Shown here: one piece after another, positions 18,088-28,440 of the stretch
How positions within the stretch are numbered: position 1 is the first letter of the stretch
Layout: each line of letters begins with the position of its first letter
Source of the DNA: Candidatus Latescibacterota bacterium
GTDB taxonomy: Bacteria; Latescibacterota; CBDEFO01
Reading direction: 5' to 3'
Assembly (NCBI GenBank): GCA_965248755.1
Contig: OZ252149.1
Coordinates: 3,872,001 to 3,936,000, forward strand
DNA length: 64,000 nt
Program-made: the position numbers and the translations under genes
Notes under the pieces: generated by a model
Told to the model about the DNA's origin: nothing
Database searches by the model: none
The model's input: only the letters and a program-made list of their open reading frames with translations

Positions 18088-20807
18088 CAGCTCCTCAGCC
18101 TCTTCCCTTCAGGGTCATAGAATATGTTGGATGTGATCTGAGCGTTAGCCACCTGTCCATCGACATGGATCTGAATCTCCTGTCCATCACCTGATAGCTC
18201 CGGGGGCACCCACGCAAGACCGATGGCCTTGCCGTGGAGGGGGGAAAACCGTACGCTGGTGACTCGACCGACGGGCTTGCCATTTAGCCCAATTGCGTTA
18301 CCGTCTTCGGGAACAACATCGTCCTGCATCACGAATCCGACCGACTTTTCCCGGATTCCGTATTTTTGAATCCGTAGAATCGCCGCCCTGCCGATGAAGT
18401 CCTCCTTTTCCATCTTCGCAGCCCAGAACATATCTGCGCTTATGGGATTGCTCGTGGCGTCAGTGTCTACCCCTACGATGACGTGTCTCTTTTCGAGCCT
18501 CAGAATCCGCTGCGCCTCCACCCCGAAGGGCACTATGCCGAACTCTTTGCCCACCTCCATTATGGCGTCCCACAGATACTCTCCGTATTCGGCGGGGAAG
18601 TGTATCTCCCAGCCCATCTCGCCGACGAATCCGATTCTGAGTAACAGGGAGGGCACGCCCCCCACTTCTCCAAAAGCTCTAAAATGGCTTGTTGCCGACT
18701 CCTCGTCCACCTTACCCATCTCCGCACGACGGCACGCCATATAAGGAAACGCCTTCGTGCTTAGGTCGCAGTGCGTCAGCTTCGAGAGCACATCCCGCGC
18801 CATCGGTCCGGCTACATTGATGGAGGCAAGGCCTCCGGTAACGTTGGTGATGTGGACGCACCAGTCCGTTTCCACTGCCCACCATTCGAGCCATTGCTGC
18901 GCAAATTCAATGTTGCCCGTTGTGGTGGTGATAAAGAAGTGATCGTCGGATAGCCGGGAGATCGTGCCGTCGTCCAGGATGATGCCTGTATCGTCCAGGA
19001 TGACCGAGTAACGCACCCTCCCGATGCGCAGGTCTGACAGGCGATTGGTGTAGACTTTATCCAGGAGCTTGTGGGCGTCTTTCCCCTTCACGTCTAACTT
19101 CCCCAGGGTGCTCACATCGATTATGCCGACTCCCTCTCTAACCGCCCGATATTCCATCTCCACAGCCCCTCTTTGGTCTCCTACATCTTGCTTTTTATAG
19201 TGATGCGCCCGCTTCCACTCGCCCATATCCGTCCACGCGCAGTCCAACTCATCGTGTTTGCTGTCCATGGGCGTGCGCTTAATGGGATGGTGCCGTGCCC
19301 CCGCAAGGGCGCCAAGCGATACGGCCGGAGTCGGAGGACGAGACGTGGTCGTCCCGGTCTCTCCAATCGTCCTTTGGGTCTGGCGCGCACAGATGTCAAT
19401 GGACGCAAGTTTGCACATCTTCCCCTGACAGGGTCCCATCGAGACGGTTGTGTAGCGCTTAAGAGTCTCCATCTGATCGAATCCCTCATCGATGGCATCG
19501 CATATATCCCTGGCCGTCACGTCCTCGCACAGGCAGATGAAGGATTCCTTTGTAAGGGGTCGGGTCGCCTCACGCCGGTGTCTAAGCGACTCACCTGTCG
19601 CATCTCCGACGACGCTGACGTAAGGGGGCAGATCTGCGGGCACGAACGCTCCTTTCTCCTCGTCCCATTCCAGTTTTCCACCTGTCTGGGCGATAAGCCC
19701 CACATCTGGCACCTTGGGGCCACAGACCACGATAAGATCGCAGGCTATGTGCCGATCTTTTGTTTTGATTCCAGCGACCTTCCCGTTGCCCCTGGCTGCC
19801 ACGACATCGCTTGGACAGATAACGGCAGCGATCTCTACGTCTGCCTCTCTAAGGTCATCGGCTACCTGTCCTCCATCCTCTTCGTCTGAGATAATGACGG
19901 CGTTTTCTGCTGGCTTGATGCCGTGAGCGTTCACGAGTCGTTGGATTGCGGTTGAAAACATTATGCCGACCAGGTCGTTGTTTTCAAAGACCATCGGGAC
20001 TTCATAGGCACCGGTCGCCACGGTGATATGCCCTGTCCGCAGGTGAATCAAGCGCTCCTCTCCCTCCGGTCGCAGATTGTGCTGGACGATACCTAAAAGA
20101 TTCCCTTCGTAAAAGCCAAAGCATGAGGCGTCTTTGAGCACGCAAATATTGGGCAGCGCTTCAACCTGATCGGATAGCCTGCGGGCAATTTCAGCGCCCC
20201 GCAGGCCGGACATCCCCTCTCCGTAGCCATCGAAGGTGCACTTTTGATAGTGCAGGTGGCCGCCCAACTCCGGCTGATCATCGATCAGTGTCACACTGCC
20301 GTGGGTCTTAGCAGAATCTATGGCAGCCATTAGCCCAGCGGGCCCGCCTCCGACAATCGCGATGTCAGTTTTCAGGTGAACATGCTCATATTTACTCTGA
20401 GATCTGGAATCTGGGATCTTTCCGAGTCCAGCGACTTTTCTGATTATAGGCTCCACAAAGCGCCACAGATGGGGATTAATAAAGGTCTTGTAGTAGAAGC
20501 CGACTGGCATCAACCAATCGAACCACTTTAACTTGGACAGCCAGTCGTGTTCAAGGGACGGATATGCGTTTTGGTGCTTAACCTGCATCCCCTCACGGAC
20601 AGAGGTGGTGCAGGTGCGGACATTCGGTGTGCCGTTCACGTTCATGAGGCAGTTGGGGCAATTTCCAGCCAGGCAAAGTAGACCCCGAGGACGATGATAC
20701 TTGAAACTGCGGGTGAAAATGCGCATGCCGTTCCGATAGAGCGCTGACGCCACCGTGTCGTCTTCCTGGGCTTGGATCGGTTTACCGTTGAAACAGAAGG
20801 TGATCAT
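18087..20807 (-). CDS. soxA: Sarcosine oxidase alpha-like subunit (2Fe-2S, FAD/NAD, BFD-like, GcvT domains)
   Basis: RSFKYHRPRG, GGGPAG, CLCEDV, GPCQGKMC, GFVGE, LRLEK. Confidence 0.92.
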   Translation of the reverse strand: MITFCFNGKPIQAQEDDTVASALYRNGMRIFTRSFKYHRPRGLLCLAGNCPNCLMNVNGTPNVRTCTTSVREGMQVKHQNAYPSLEHDWLSKLKWFDWLMPVGFYYKTFINPHLWRFVEPIIRKVAGLGKIPDSRSQSKYEHVHLKTDIAIVGGGPAGLMAAIDSAKTHGSVTLIDDQPELGGHLHYQKCTFDGYGEGMSGLRGAEIARRLSDQVEALPNICVLKDASCFGFYEGNLLGIVQHNLRPEGEERLIHLRTGHITVATGAYEVPMVFENNDLVGIMFSTAIQRLVNAHGIKPAENAVIISDEEDGGQVADDLREADVEIAAVICPSDVVAARGNGKVAGIKTKDRHIACDLIVVCGPKVPDVGLIAQTGGKLEWDEEKGAFVPADLPPYVSVVGDATGESLRHRREATRPLTKESFICLCEDVTARDICDAIDEGFDQMETLKRYTTVSMGPCQGKMCKLASIDICARQTQRTIGETGTTTSRPPTPAVSLGALAGARHHPIKRTPMDSKHDELDCAWTDMGEWKRAHHYKKQDVGDQRGAVEMEYRAVREGVGIIDVSTLGKLDVKGKDAHKLLDKVYTNRLSDLRIGRVRYSVILDDTGIILDDGTISRLSDDHFFITTTTGNIEFAQQWLEWWAVETDWCVHITNVTGGLASINVAGPMARDVLSKLTHCDLSTKAFPYMACRRAEMGKVDEESATSHFRAFGEVGGVPSLLLRIGFVGEMGWEIHFPAEYGEYLWDAIMEVGKEFGIVPFGVEAQRILRLEKRHVIVGVDTDATSNPISADMFWAAKMEKEDFIGRAAILRIQKYGIREKSVGFVMQDDVVPEDGNAIGLNGKPVGRVTSVRFSPLHGKAIGLAWVPPELSGDGQEIQIHVDGQVANAQITSNIFYDPEGKRLRS

Positions 20808-20875
20808 CTCTTTCCCAAATCTGTAGGGGCGAGATCTACTCCGCCCTCACATTTATCTGTTACTAAAATAGAGAG

Positions 20876-21151
20876 TCAAGTCTCTGCGGACTGTCGTTTG
20901 ACCTCAGGCAAAAACGTCTCCAGTACCTCGTTAGTCATTGTGTTCCGCAGGGCAAAGAACCACTGCCGACAACCGAGGGAATGGTACCACCATTCTTTTT
21001 GAACACCGGCCTCATTCTCTTTGTAATAACCGTATTGCAGCCACTCCTCCTGAGTCGCATCTGAAGCCGGGCGCGGCTTTACGGCTTCACCGAAGCGAAA
21101 TTCATATACGTTGCGGTCGCCGCAGTTGGGACAAAGTAATAGAAAGGACAC
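20876..21151 (-). CDS. soxD: Sarcosine oxidase delta-like subunit
   Basis: CPNCG...EF...EWWYH..GCRQWF..RNT. Confidence 0.93.
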   Translation of the reverse strand: MSFLLLCPNCGDRNVYEFRFGEAVKPRPASDATQEEWLQYGYYKENEAGVQKEWWYHSLGCRQWFFALRNTMTNEVLETFLPEVKRQSAET

Positions 21152-21259
21152 TGTATTCTACCTCATCTATTTTTCCGATCTTTCTTTCTGCGAGATTGCT
21201 TCGCTGCCCCCGGCTAAATCGGGGGTGCCAATGACATTGTCTGACGTTGACCTTTATGG

Positions 21260-21648
21260 TCATTGCGAGCGGCAAAGCCCCCGTTTTAAGAATGAACGAA
21301 TTCCCTCTCCAGACAAGGGTTCATCCTTAAAACGGGGAATAACGTGCATGTGAGCATGGAAGACCTCTTGGCCTCCAACTCTTTCACAATTCCAACCAAT
21401 GTTGTAGCCGTCTGGTTGAAAGTTATCGTCCATCCATGATTTCACCGTTTTGAGAAGTTCAAATGTCGCTATTATTTCTTCTCGAGTAAGTTCAAATACT
21501 GTTCTCCTATGTTTTACTGGAATAATAATCCCAGAATGCCTTAAAGCTCCTTAAGGTATTTTTCATTTTCGACGTATAGGAAAATGTCGTTGCAAAAAAT
21601 AACTTTGTTATCATGGTCGTTTTCTATTGGAGAGTAAGGGCAAACCAT
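21260..21648 (-). pseudogene. HIT family protein, frameshifted near 21555
   Basis: MVCPY start; after the shift ...IIPVKH...GYNIGWN...HAHMHVIPR (HIT motif). Confidence 0.8.
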
Positions 21649-21903
21649 CGTGAATGATTTCTTTAGTGAGTTTTCATTACACATACCAGCCACGTATAAG
21701 CGGTGTGAAGGGGGATACCGCCTGAATAAGGAGGTGCTCCTGCTATCTCATTCCTGCCAGATCGTCTCAGTGACAAAAGCGAGATTGCTTCCCCCCGCCC
21801 CCCGATAGAGTCAATCGGGGGCGCTCGCAATGACTGTTAGGACGAGGAAGTGTCTCCCTGTTTACTGTTTACAATGGCTTTAGTTGCACTTTGTAGTTCG
21901 ACT

Positions 21904-22376
21904 TCATCCGGCTCCAGAGACATCACTACATTTTTCCAGAAGTTTAACATCTTTTGGCGGCATGAGGAACCGAAATCCAGATTCTTCATGCACTACCGCA
22001 TGAGTATTTCGTGCCACAACTTCGACAGACGATATTCTGATTCTTGGGATCGCAACTGAGCATCAAACGGTTGCATACCTTACACCAGGTCCTGCAGCCC
22101 AACATATCGATATCCATTGACTTCTTCTCACCGCTGAAGTCATCAAAGACAGTATTGTATTTCATACAAACTAGAATTCCCTGGTGCCTGCGAGTTCGGC
22201 GCTCATAATCGAGAAAATAGCTCAGGACTGCCTGTCGGGCTTCCGATGAGAGCTTTCGGAGTGGAGTCAATTTCGAGTTGCCACAAAATTGGCAGAGGCA
22301 GCCGACAAAATTGACGAGCCACTTCAATACAAGAGGCAAAACCCAAAAATGCCACAATTAGGGCAACTATCGACAT
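21904..22376 (-). pseudogene. Membrane-anchored Cys-rich (Zn-ribbon) hypothetical gene, probably with two frameshifts
   Basis: CQFC, CKVC and CRSC motifs in 21986..22357. The hydrophobic start MSIVALIVAF and the tail VVHEESGFRFLMPP lie in neighbouring frames. Confidence 0.45.
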
Positions 22377-22473
22377 GGTGAAATCCACATCAAGCCTTGT
22401 CCTTCTTCTCTTTGATCCATGGGCTTCGCCTGTGATGGCCCTCTCGGCTCAATCGTAATTACGCAGAGTGGGT

Positions 22474-23130
22474 CTATTCCCTACTCAAATTCGACCTAAC
22501 ATACGAAACAGCATTTCCGCTCTTTCCCACTGATTCTATAGCCCCCATTTTGCGCAAGCAATAGGCCATTTTCTGAGCCATCGACTTAGCTGTGGCCAAG
22601 GCCTCCGCGAGCTCTAATGTGGTGAAGGCGTCAGACAGATCGGATGGGATGAGGGCCCCGAAGTCAGCCGGAGTTTCGAACAGACGCCGATCCAGCACCC
22701 GAATGAGTCTGCGCTCGTGCGTTACCCAGCCGTTCCTTCTCCAGGCTCTGCCTCTTTCGTGTCGCCGCAACTCCTCTTCCTGGATGAAGATTACGTCTAT
22801 AGAAAAGTTGGAATTAGAGAGCAACTCGGGAAAGCTCACGAGCTCCTCAAAGACCTGGATAACGCTGCCACGTTTCGGTGACTTTCTACGTCCCAGATAG
22901 TGCCCGGCGTCTTCTGACACCTTCACGATCCACTTTTCCTGTGCTATCGGGTAGATTAACCGAACGTAATGGCAAGCCGCAAGGGTTTTCAATTTCCGCT
23001 TAATGACTGAAAAGTTACGACTCTGAATCTCCACCAAGAGATTACCTCGAACCAGGTCGACGATGAAGCCGTCCACGACTACCTCAAACCGATCGCAAGG
23101 TCGGGAGTACCACTCCTTCAAAGCGGCGTG
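22474..23130 (-). CDS. PD-(D/E)XK nuclease-like protein, apparently 5'-truncated
   Basis: HAALKEWY...FEV.VDGFIVD...LVEIQ; no SD and an upstream in-frame stop just after the mgsC end. Confidence 0.6.
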   Translation of the reverse strand, partial: HAALKEWYSRPCDRFEVVVDGFIVDLVRGNLLVEIQSRNFSVIKRKLKTLAACHYVRLIYPIAQEKWIVKVSEDAGHYLGRRKSPKRGSVIQVFEELVSFPELLSNSNFSIDVIFIQEEELRRHERGRAWRRNGWVTHERRLIRVLDRRLFETPADFGALIPSDLSDAFTTLELAEALATAKSMAQKMAYCLRKMGAIESVGKSGNAVSYVRSNLSRE

Positions 23131-23151
23131 ACGCCGTCACCGGGTCGTTAT

Positions 23152-24504
23152 CTACTTTTCCACCCAGCCTGGACCTCCTCCGAAGACCCTGTTTGTACCG
23201 GCAAGCGGGATACCGCAGATCATAGACGCCTCAAGGGTCAGGGCGCGCATGTCTTCAGGGTCGAGGTTGTGCACGTTGGCCTTGCCGCAGGCTCGGGCAA
23301 GTAACTGAATCTCCGAAGTCATCGCCCTCAAGAGATTGGCGGTGCGCTCCGCACCTTCGTCGATGTCGAGGCGCTGCATCAGCTCGGGGTCCTGCGTTGT
23401 GATTCCGACAGGACAGAGTCCCGTGTGGCAGTGGTGACAATGATAGGGTTCGGTTCCCAGTTTTTGGTAGTCCTCGACGTAAAGCGGTTTGTTGCAGTTG
23501 AGCGCAATCAGGGCCGCTGTGCCGATATAGACAGCGTCGGCCCCCAGGGCTAAAGCCTTTGCAGCGTCCACGCCGTTTCGGATGCCGCCTGCGATGATCA
23601 GTTGTACCTCTCCATATAGTCCCAGGTCTTCGAGCGCCGCTCGAGCCTCACACACAGCAGATAGGGTGGGGATTCCCGTATGTTCTTGACAGATCTCAGG
23701 CGAAGCTGCTGTGCCCCCCTCCATGCCGTCCACGACGATGACATCCGCGCCCGCCTTTGCCGCCAATCTAACGTCGTCAAAGGTGCGTGATGCGCCCATC
23801 TTAACGAAAATTGGCACCTGCCAGTCGGTGGCTTCGCGAAGTTCCTCAATTTTGATAACCATGTCGTCTGGACCCAGGAAGTCCGGATGCCGCGCTGGGC
23901 TGCGCTGGTCGACGCCGATGGGAAGGTCACGCTGCTGGGCAATCTCGTCTGAGACCTTCAAATTCAGCAGCAGCCCGCCAGTACCCGGTTTTGCTCCCTG
24001 TCCGATCGTCAGCTCAATGCCGTCTGCCATCTTCAAGTGATGGATGTCTATACCATATCTGGACGGCAGCACCTCGTAGATGAGCACGTAGCTGTGCTCC
24101 CGCTCTGCCATCAGCATGCCGCCGTCTCCCGTCGTATTGGACGAACCGACCATTCTTGCGCCCTTTGCAAGTGCGACTTTGGCGTTGTAGGAGAGCGCTC
24201 CCCAGCTCATTCCCGTAATCATGATCGGCAGATCCAGTTCAATCGGCTTTTCGGCAAATCGCGTGCCCAACACGGTTTTTGTTGAGCACCGTTCGCGGTA
24301 GCCCTCAAGAGGGATGCGCGTCAGGGTGCAGGGGATAAACGTCAGATCATCAAATGTCGCCCAGCGCCGCTCCTTAAGAGTCCCGAACCCACGAATACGG
24401 TATCGTCCCAACTCTGCCTTCGTCTGGATATCCTCGACGACTTCGGCGGTGAACGTCGCACTCTGACGGAGGGTTTGACCGTTACGGATTATATCCTCAG
24501 ACAT
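23152..24504 (-). CDS. mgsC: N-methylglutamate synthase subunit C (FMN glutamate-synthase domain, GlxD)
   Basis: MSWGALS, GQGAKPGTGG, DGMEGGT, CHTGLCPVGITTQ. Confidence 0.9.
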   Translation of the reverse strand: MSEDIIRNGQTLRQSATFTAEVVEDIQTKAELGRYRIRGFGTLKERRWATFDDLTFIPCTLTRIPLEGYRERCSTKTVLGTRFAEKPIELDLPIMITGMSWGALSYNAKVALAKGARMVGSSNTTGDGGMLMAEREHSYVLIYEVLPSRYGIDIHHLKMADGIELTIGQGAKPGTGGLLLNLKVSDEIAQQRDLPIGVDQRSPARHPDFLGPDDMVIKIEELREATDWQVPIFVKMGASRTFDDVRLAAKAGADVIVVDGMEGGTAASPEICQEHTGIPTLSAVCEARAALEDLGLYGEVQLIIAGGIRNGVDAAKALALGADAVYIGTAALIALNCNKPLYVEDYQKLGTEPYHCHHCHTGLCPVGITTQDPELMQRLDIDEGAERTANLLRAMTSEIQLLARACGKANVHNLDPEDMRALTLEASMICGIPLAGTNRVFGGGPGWVEK

Positions 24505-24639
24505 TGTGATTTTTCCTATTTTCCCTCAATGTTCAGGGGCGAGGTCGCCTCGCCCAAACGTTGGGTTGCCGAGCCTCTACACTATTTTCAAGGCAGACAC
24601 ACCAGTTTGTTCCTATTTGCTCTTTTAAAGAGCCTCCTG

Positions 24640-25347
24640 CTAAAGAGCCTCCTGCCAAGTCTCCCACTCTCGTTTATCGAAGTTCCACAGCTTACGCCCG
24701 GAGACGACCTTTTTGAAATCTTGATTCGCAGGTTTCGTCGGAAGATAAGCCGATAGTGTGGATTCAAGAAATGCCATGTCCTCCGCTGTCGGTTTTTCAA
24801 CAACAGCGTCGTTGCCAAGCTCAGCAATATTTCCGCCGACAAAGCAGACGGCTTCATACATCGAGTCAGCAAAGGCCTCGCCTGCATCGCCACAGATAAT
24901 CAATGTCCCCTTCTGCGCCATGAAACCCGCCATGTAGCCACAGTTGCCAGAAATAAGAACTATTCCACCTTTCATCGAAACGCCTGCCCTGGCCGCGGCA
25001 TCGCCGTGGACGATAACTGTCCCACCGCGAATAGAAGCGGCAGCTCCATTGCCCACGCTGCCTTGGACTATAACTTCTCCATTCATCATAGACTCGGCCG
25101 TGCCCCAGCCAGCACTGCCGTTGATTTCCACGCAGGGGCCGTCAATCATCCCGGCGCAGTAGTAGCCAACGCTGCCATCAAACGTGATCTTGACTTTCTC
25201 TAATATTGCTACGCCCAGATTGTGCCGACTGCCGGGGTTCTTCACAAGGATGTCGGTTTGGCCCCCCGCAATGAGGCCTTTGATCTCGCAGTTGATGTCG
25301 CGGGTAGTTTTGCCGTCGCAGATTATGTCTGCGCTCATGTCTGCCAT
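24640..25347 (-). CDS. mgsB: N-methylglutamate synthase subunit B (GXGXG, GlxC)
   Basis: GSVGYYCAGM, GVSMKGG, FMAQKG, SGRKLWNF. Confidence 0.9.
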   Translation of the reverse strand: MADMSADIICDGKTTRDINCEIKGLIAGGQTDILVKNPGSRHNLGVAILEKVKITFDGSVGYYCAGMIDGPCVEINGSAGWGTAESMMNGEVIVQGSVGNGAAASIRGGTVIVHGDAAARAGVSMKGGIVLISGNCGYMAGFMAQKGTLIICGDAGEAFADSMYEAVCFVGGNIAELGNDAVVEKPTAEDMAFLESTLSAYLPTKPANQDFKKVVSGRKLWNFDKREWETWQEAL

Positions 25348-25453
25348 TCTTAATCTTTTCCCGTCTGCTGGGCGAGGGAAACTCGCCCCTACATTATTTT
25401 CAGGGCAGACACATGGGTCTGCCCCTACAGTCTTAGCCGTTGCCTTTCCCTGT

Positions 25454-26365
25454 CTACTTGATCTCCCATACTTGAACTTCCTTCGCCTGTGCCTCGCGCA
25501 CCTCGTATGATCCCTTTAAGGCAGAGCGAATCGCAATCTCCTCGGTGGCAACAGCCACAAATGCCTCTGTTTGGGTAAAGAGCAGTGGTTTGAAAGCGAA
25601 GGGATCTTTGGCAAATCCTAAGGCATCAGAGGTTGCCGCAAGGTAGCTGAATGAACCGTCGAGGTCCCTTACTGAGGCTGTCAAGGCTTCTTCAAGTGTC
25701 ATCCCCTGTGATAGTCGTTCGGCAAGATAGACGCCGATAATTTCGGAGTCGTTCTCGGTCCAGAATCTTACCCCCTGTTGTTCGTATTGTCGGCGCATTT
25801 TGTGGTAGTTGGTGATGTGTCCATTGTGGACGATAGATAGGTCAGGATAGCCGTGCGCCCAAAATGGCTGTGAGTGGCTCAAATCCACAACAGATTCAGT
25901 GGAAAGCCTCGTGTGTCCAATGCCGTGTGCCCCGACGAACTTCGAGATACCGTAGGCAGCATCCAGGTTCTGTGGGCTACCGACCTGCTTGACGATTTCA
26001 AGTTTGCGTCCTATGCTCACAACTTGAATGTCGTCATCCACAGTTTGGATGAGTCGCTCCAACTTATGCAGGTCACCTCGGTAGTCCATGACAAGCCGGA
26101 GATACTCAGCAGTTGTGGAGTTCTCTTTTAGTTCACCGAGCGAGCGCAGTCGTTGGGAAATTATTTGAGTCTGCTCATCAAAGGGGACCTTTTCTCCCAG
26201 CTTGACCTGCAGCACAAAGTCGCCGTTATGACGGCTGCCGTAAAGGGCCACGCCCGCCGAATCAGGGCCTCGACATCCCAGGGCATCCAGCATACTGAGG
26301 ATCGTTTGCCCCAGTGAAGCCTGCTCATTTCCAGTCTTGTCCCAAAAGCCAACTATGCCACACAT
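25454..26365 (-). CDS. mgsA: N-methylglutamate synthase subunit A (class II amidotransferase, GlxB)
   Basis: MCGIVG, RGPDSAG, GHTRLSTES, HNG. Confidence 0.9.
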   Translation of the reverse strand: MCGIVGFWDKTGNEQASLGQTILSMLDALGCRGPDSAGVALYGSRHNGDFVLQVKLGEKVPFDEQTQIISQRLRSLGELKENSTTAEYLRLVMDYRGDLHKLERLIQTVDDDIQVVSIGRKLEIVKQVGSPQNLDAAYGISKFVGAHGIGHTRLSTESVVDLSHSQPFWAHGYPDLSIVHNGHITNYHKMRRQYEQQGVRFWTENDSEIIGVYLAERLSQGMTLEEALTASVRDLDGSFSYLAATSDALGFAKDPFAFKPLLFTQTEAFVAVATEEIAIRSALKGSYEVREAQAKEVQVWEIK

Positions 26366-26726
26366 GGTTTCGTTTCAATCCTTCAATTTATATGATTAGT
26401 CTATCAATATTCTCACTAATATAAGAGCTAGCCAACAACTGCACCAAAGTTTAGACCTGCTTCAATAGTTTCTTAACATTCTTGCATACGATCCACGATC
26501 AAAGACCAAGTGGAGAGCATCCAGATCGTATTTACATTGAAAACTCTTGACGTAAGCTCTAATAATCACTATCAGATACTATTCCTTATCGTAATGCAAG
26601 TAGCATGTTCAAAATGGAATCCGTCGCATCGTTAAGCCTACAGTATATATTGACAAGCTGGAACAGTCCAGGACAATTTTCTGCCTTGTTCGAGGCCTTT
26701 TGAAGAAAAGAAGAGAGACAGATATT

Positions 26727-27479
26727 TCAGCGGTACTGCTCCAGATTCCCCTTGTATGTCAGTCCCAACACGTCACGTGATCGCGCTACATTACAGGTAT
26801 CGTCAGCCTCAGGCGTCCCCACAATATGAAAGATATCGAAGTCTATCGTCTCCGATTCTATCGCCAAGCGGCAGGCCTCTGCAAGGTCGTGTCGGCAGAC
26901 CAGTCCGTTTCTGTAAGATCCCTGTATGTTCTCCTTGCCCGTCCCGATTCCCAATCGGCTGTCCACGATGTAATCCGGCCTCAGCACGATGATGCGCATG
27001 CCGTGGGCTTCATGAAACTGGCGGCACATCTCCTCCTGCAGCCGTTTGGTGACAGCATACAGACTCGCATCTGGCCTCCTCACCTCAGAGGTAAAAAACA
27101 CGCCCTTCGGATGCACCGTCTGACACGACCCAACGTGTGCGATACGATTGATGCCACGCTGTCGCGCCGATTCAAACACGTTCCACAAACCCTTGAGGTT
27201 AACAAGAAAGGGCTGCTGGTCGTCCTCAATACGCGGCCCCGAAGGGTGACGGACCGCCAGATGAATGATGGCATCCATCCCCTTTGTGGCAGAGTGCACA
27301 GTTTTGAAATCCGCAATATCACCGTGAACAATATTACCGTGCCATTCTTCGTCCTCCTCCTTCCAAGCATCCCACGCGGACGGAGAGTATTCAAAGGCGC
27401 GGATTTCGTGTTTACCCTCCAAATTCGTCAGTACAGCCCTGCCAGTCCATCCGGCAGCGCCAAATACCACAACTTTCAT
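26727..27479 (-). CDS. NAD-dependent epimerase/dehydratase (uronate dehydrogenase-like)
   Basis: GAAGWTG Rossmann motif and YAVTK. Confidence 0.85.
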   Translation of the reverse strand: MKVVVFGAAGWTGRAVLTNLEGKHEIRAFEYSPSAWDAWKEEDEEWHGNIVHGDIADFKTVHSATKGMDAIIHLAVRHPSGPRIEDDQQPFLVNLKGLWNVFESARQRGINRIAHVGSCQTVHPKGVFFTSEVRRPDASLYAVTKRLQEEMCRQFHEAHGMRIIVLRPDYIVDSRLGIGTGKENIQGSYRNGLVCRHDLAEACRLAIESETIDFDIFHIVGTPEADDTCNVARSRDVLGLTYKGNLEQYR

Positions 27480-27651
27480 GAGTTTACCATCCTGTTAACT
27501 GTGTAAGCGACATCGTCTTTCTCCTCAAAACGTTCTTCACCCACTTTGTGGCTTGCTGTCACTTTGTGCTCCCTGTAGAAACGGGTGTCAGCAACGCACA
27601 AAGTGCCCACTCCGTCTGTTGGGGCGCGTCCATAACAGCAGAAGAATTTAA

Positions 27652-27680
27652 AATTTAAGCTGGGAACTCTGAGATGTCAA
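27652..27680 (-). promoter_or_regulatory. Sigma70-like promoter for the epimerase leader
   Basis: TTGACA-17 nt-TAAATT on the minus strand. Confidence 0.6.
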
Positions 27681-27760
27681 GGCAATTCTTCTGCCGGGTT
27701 TGCCAAACCCTCCAAGAGGTAACTTCAGCATGCAGATCACTGCTATCTTCAATAATGTTC

Positions 27761-27789
27761 TTGACTTTCGCAAAGTGACCCATTATCTT
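27761..27789 (+). promoter_or_regulatory. Sigma70-like promoter facing DUF262
   Basis: TTGACT-17 nt-TATCTT, with direct repeat TATCTTCAATA at 27744 and 27784. Confidence 0.45.
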
Positions 27790-28440
27790 CAATAGGTTGG
27801 TAGCACAATTTTAGATACGACTCTAAGAACACGATAAATCAGTCACTTATATTTATTTCCATTGCCAAGTGTAGACTCATCCAGTAATATCATTTGAGCA
27901 GTTAGGAGAGTTTTTCAAGAAAGAGGCAGGCGGCTGAGCTTATTCGATGAACAACGTGTATAACTCCAACTTTGGGGCGGAGGACGGCTGTGCTCCGCCC
28001 CAATGCGTAACGAGCGACTTCTTTCAGGCGTAAGCCGTTGGTAACTGCGATACTAAGCAGTTAAGCCCTTCTGCTGACAGTGCTTTCTCGTTGTGAATTA
28101 AGACAGGAAAATAAACCTTCTGAAGTGTGTTTTAAGTAGTACAAGGTTTATCTTCGGCTGTTGAATGATTACTGCTCGAAGGCTGTGCGATGAGTGTTTT
28201 GGAAATGAAAGCGCCATTTTTCAAAGAGTCAAAATAAAGTGTGAAGGCACAATATGGAGGACACGAAGGAATAACTGATGTTGCCATGGTGAAAACTAAA
28301 CGAAAGATATCGCAGAGTTAATCTATAGTAATCAATATCTGCAATAGTGTAGATATGAATGAATTAGCAGCAATTGGCTTGAGTTTGATCTCAATTCTTG
28401 TTGTCCCATTATAGCTTAAATATTCTCAAGGAGTTTAGAA

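Noticed and set aside
21160..23150. Integron cassette array
   Set aside because: No convincing RYYYAAC...GTTRRRY attC structures, and no IntI-type integrase.
26425..26450. Sigma54 promoter upstream of mgsA
   Set aside because: TGGTGC...TTGGC has the GG-to-GC spacing off by one.
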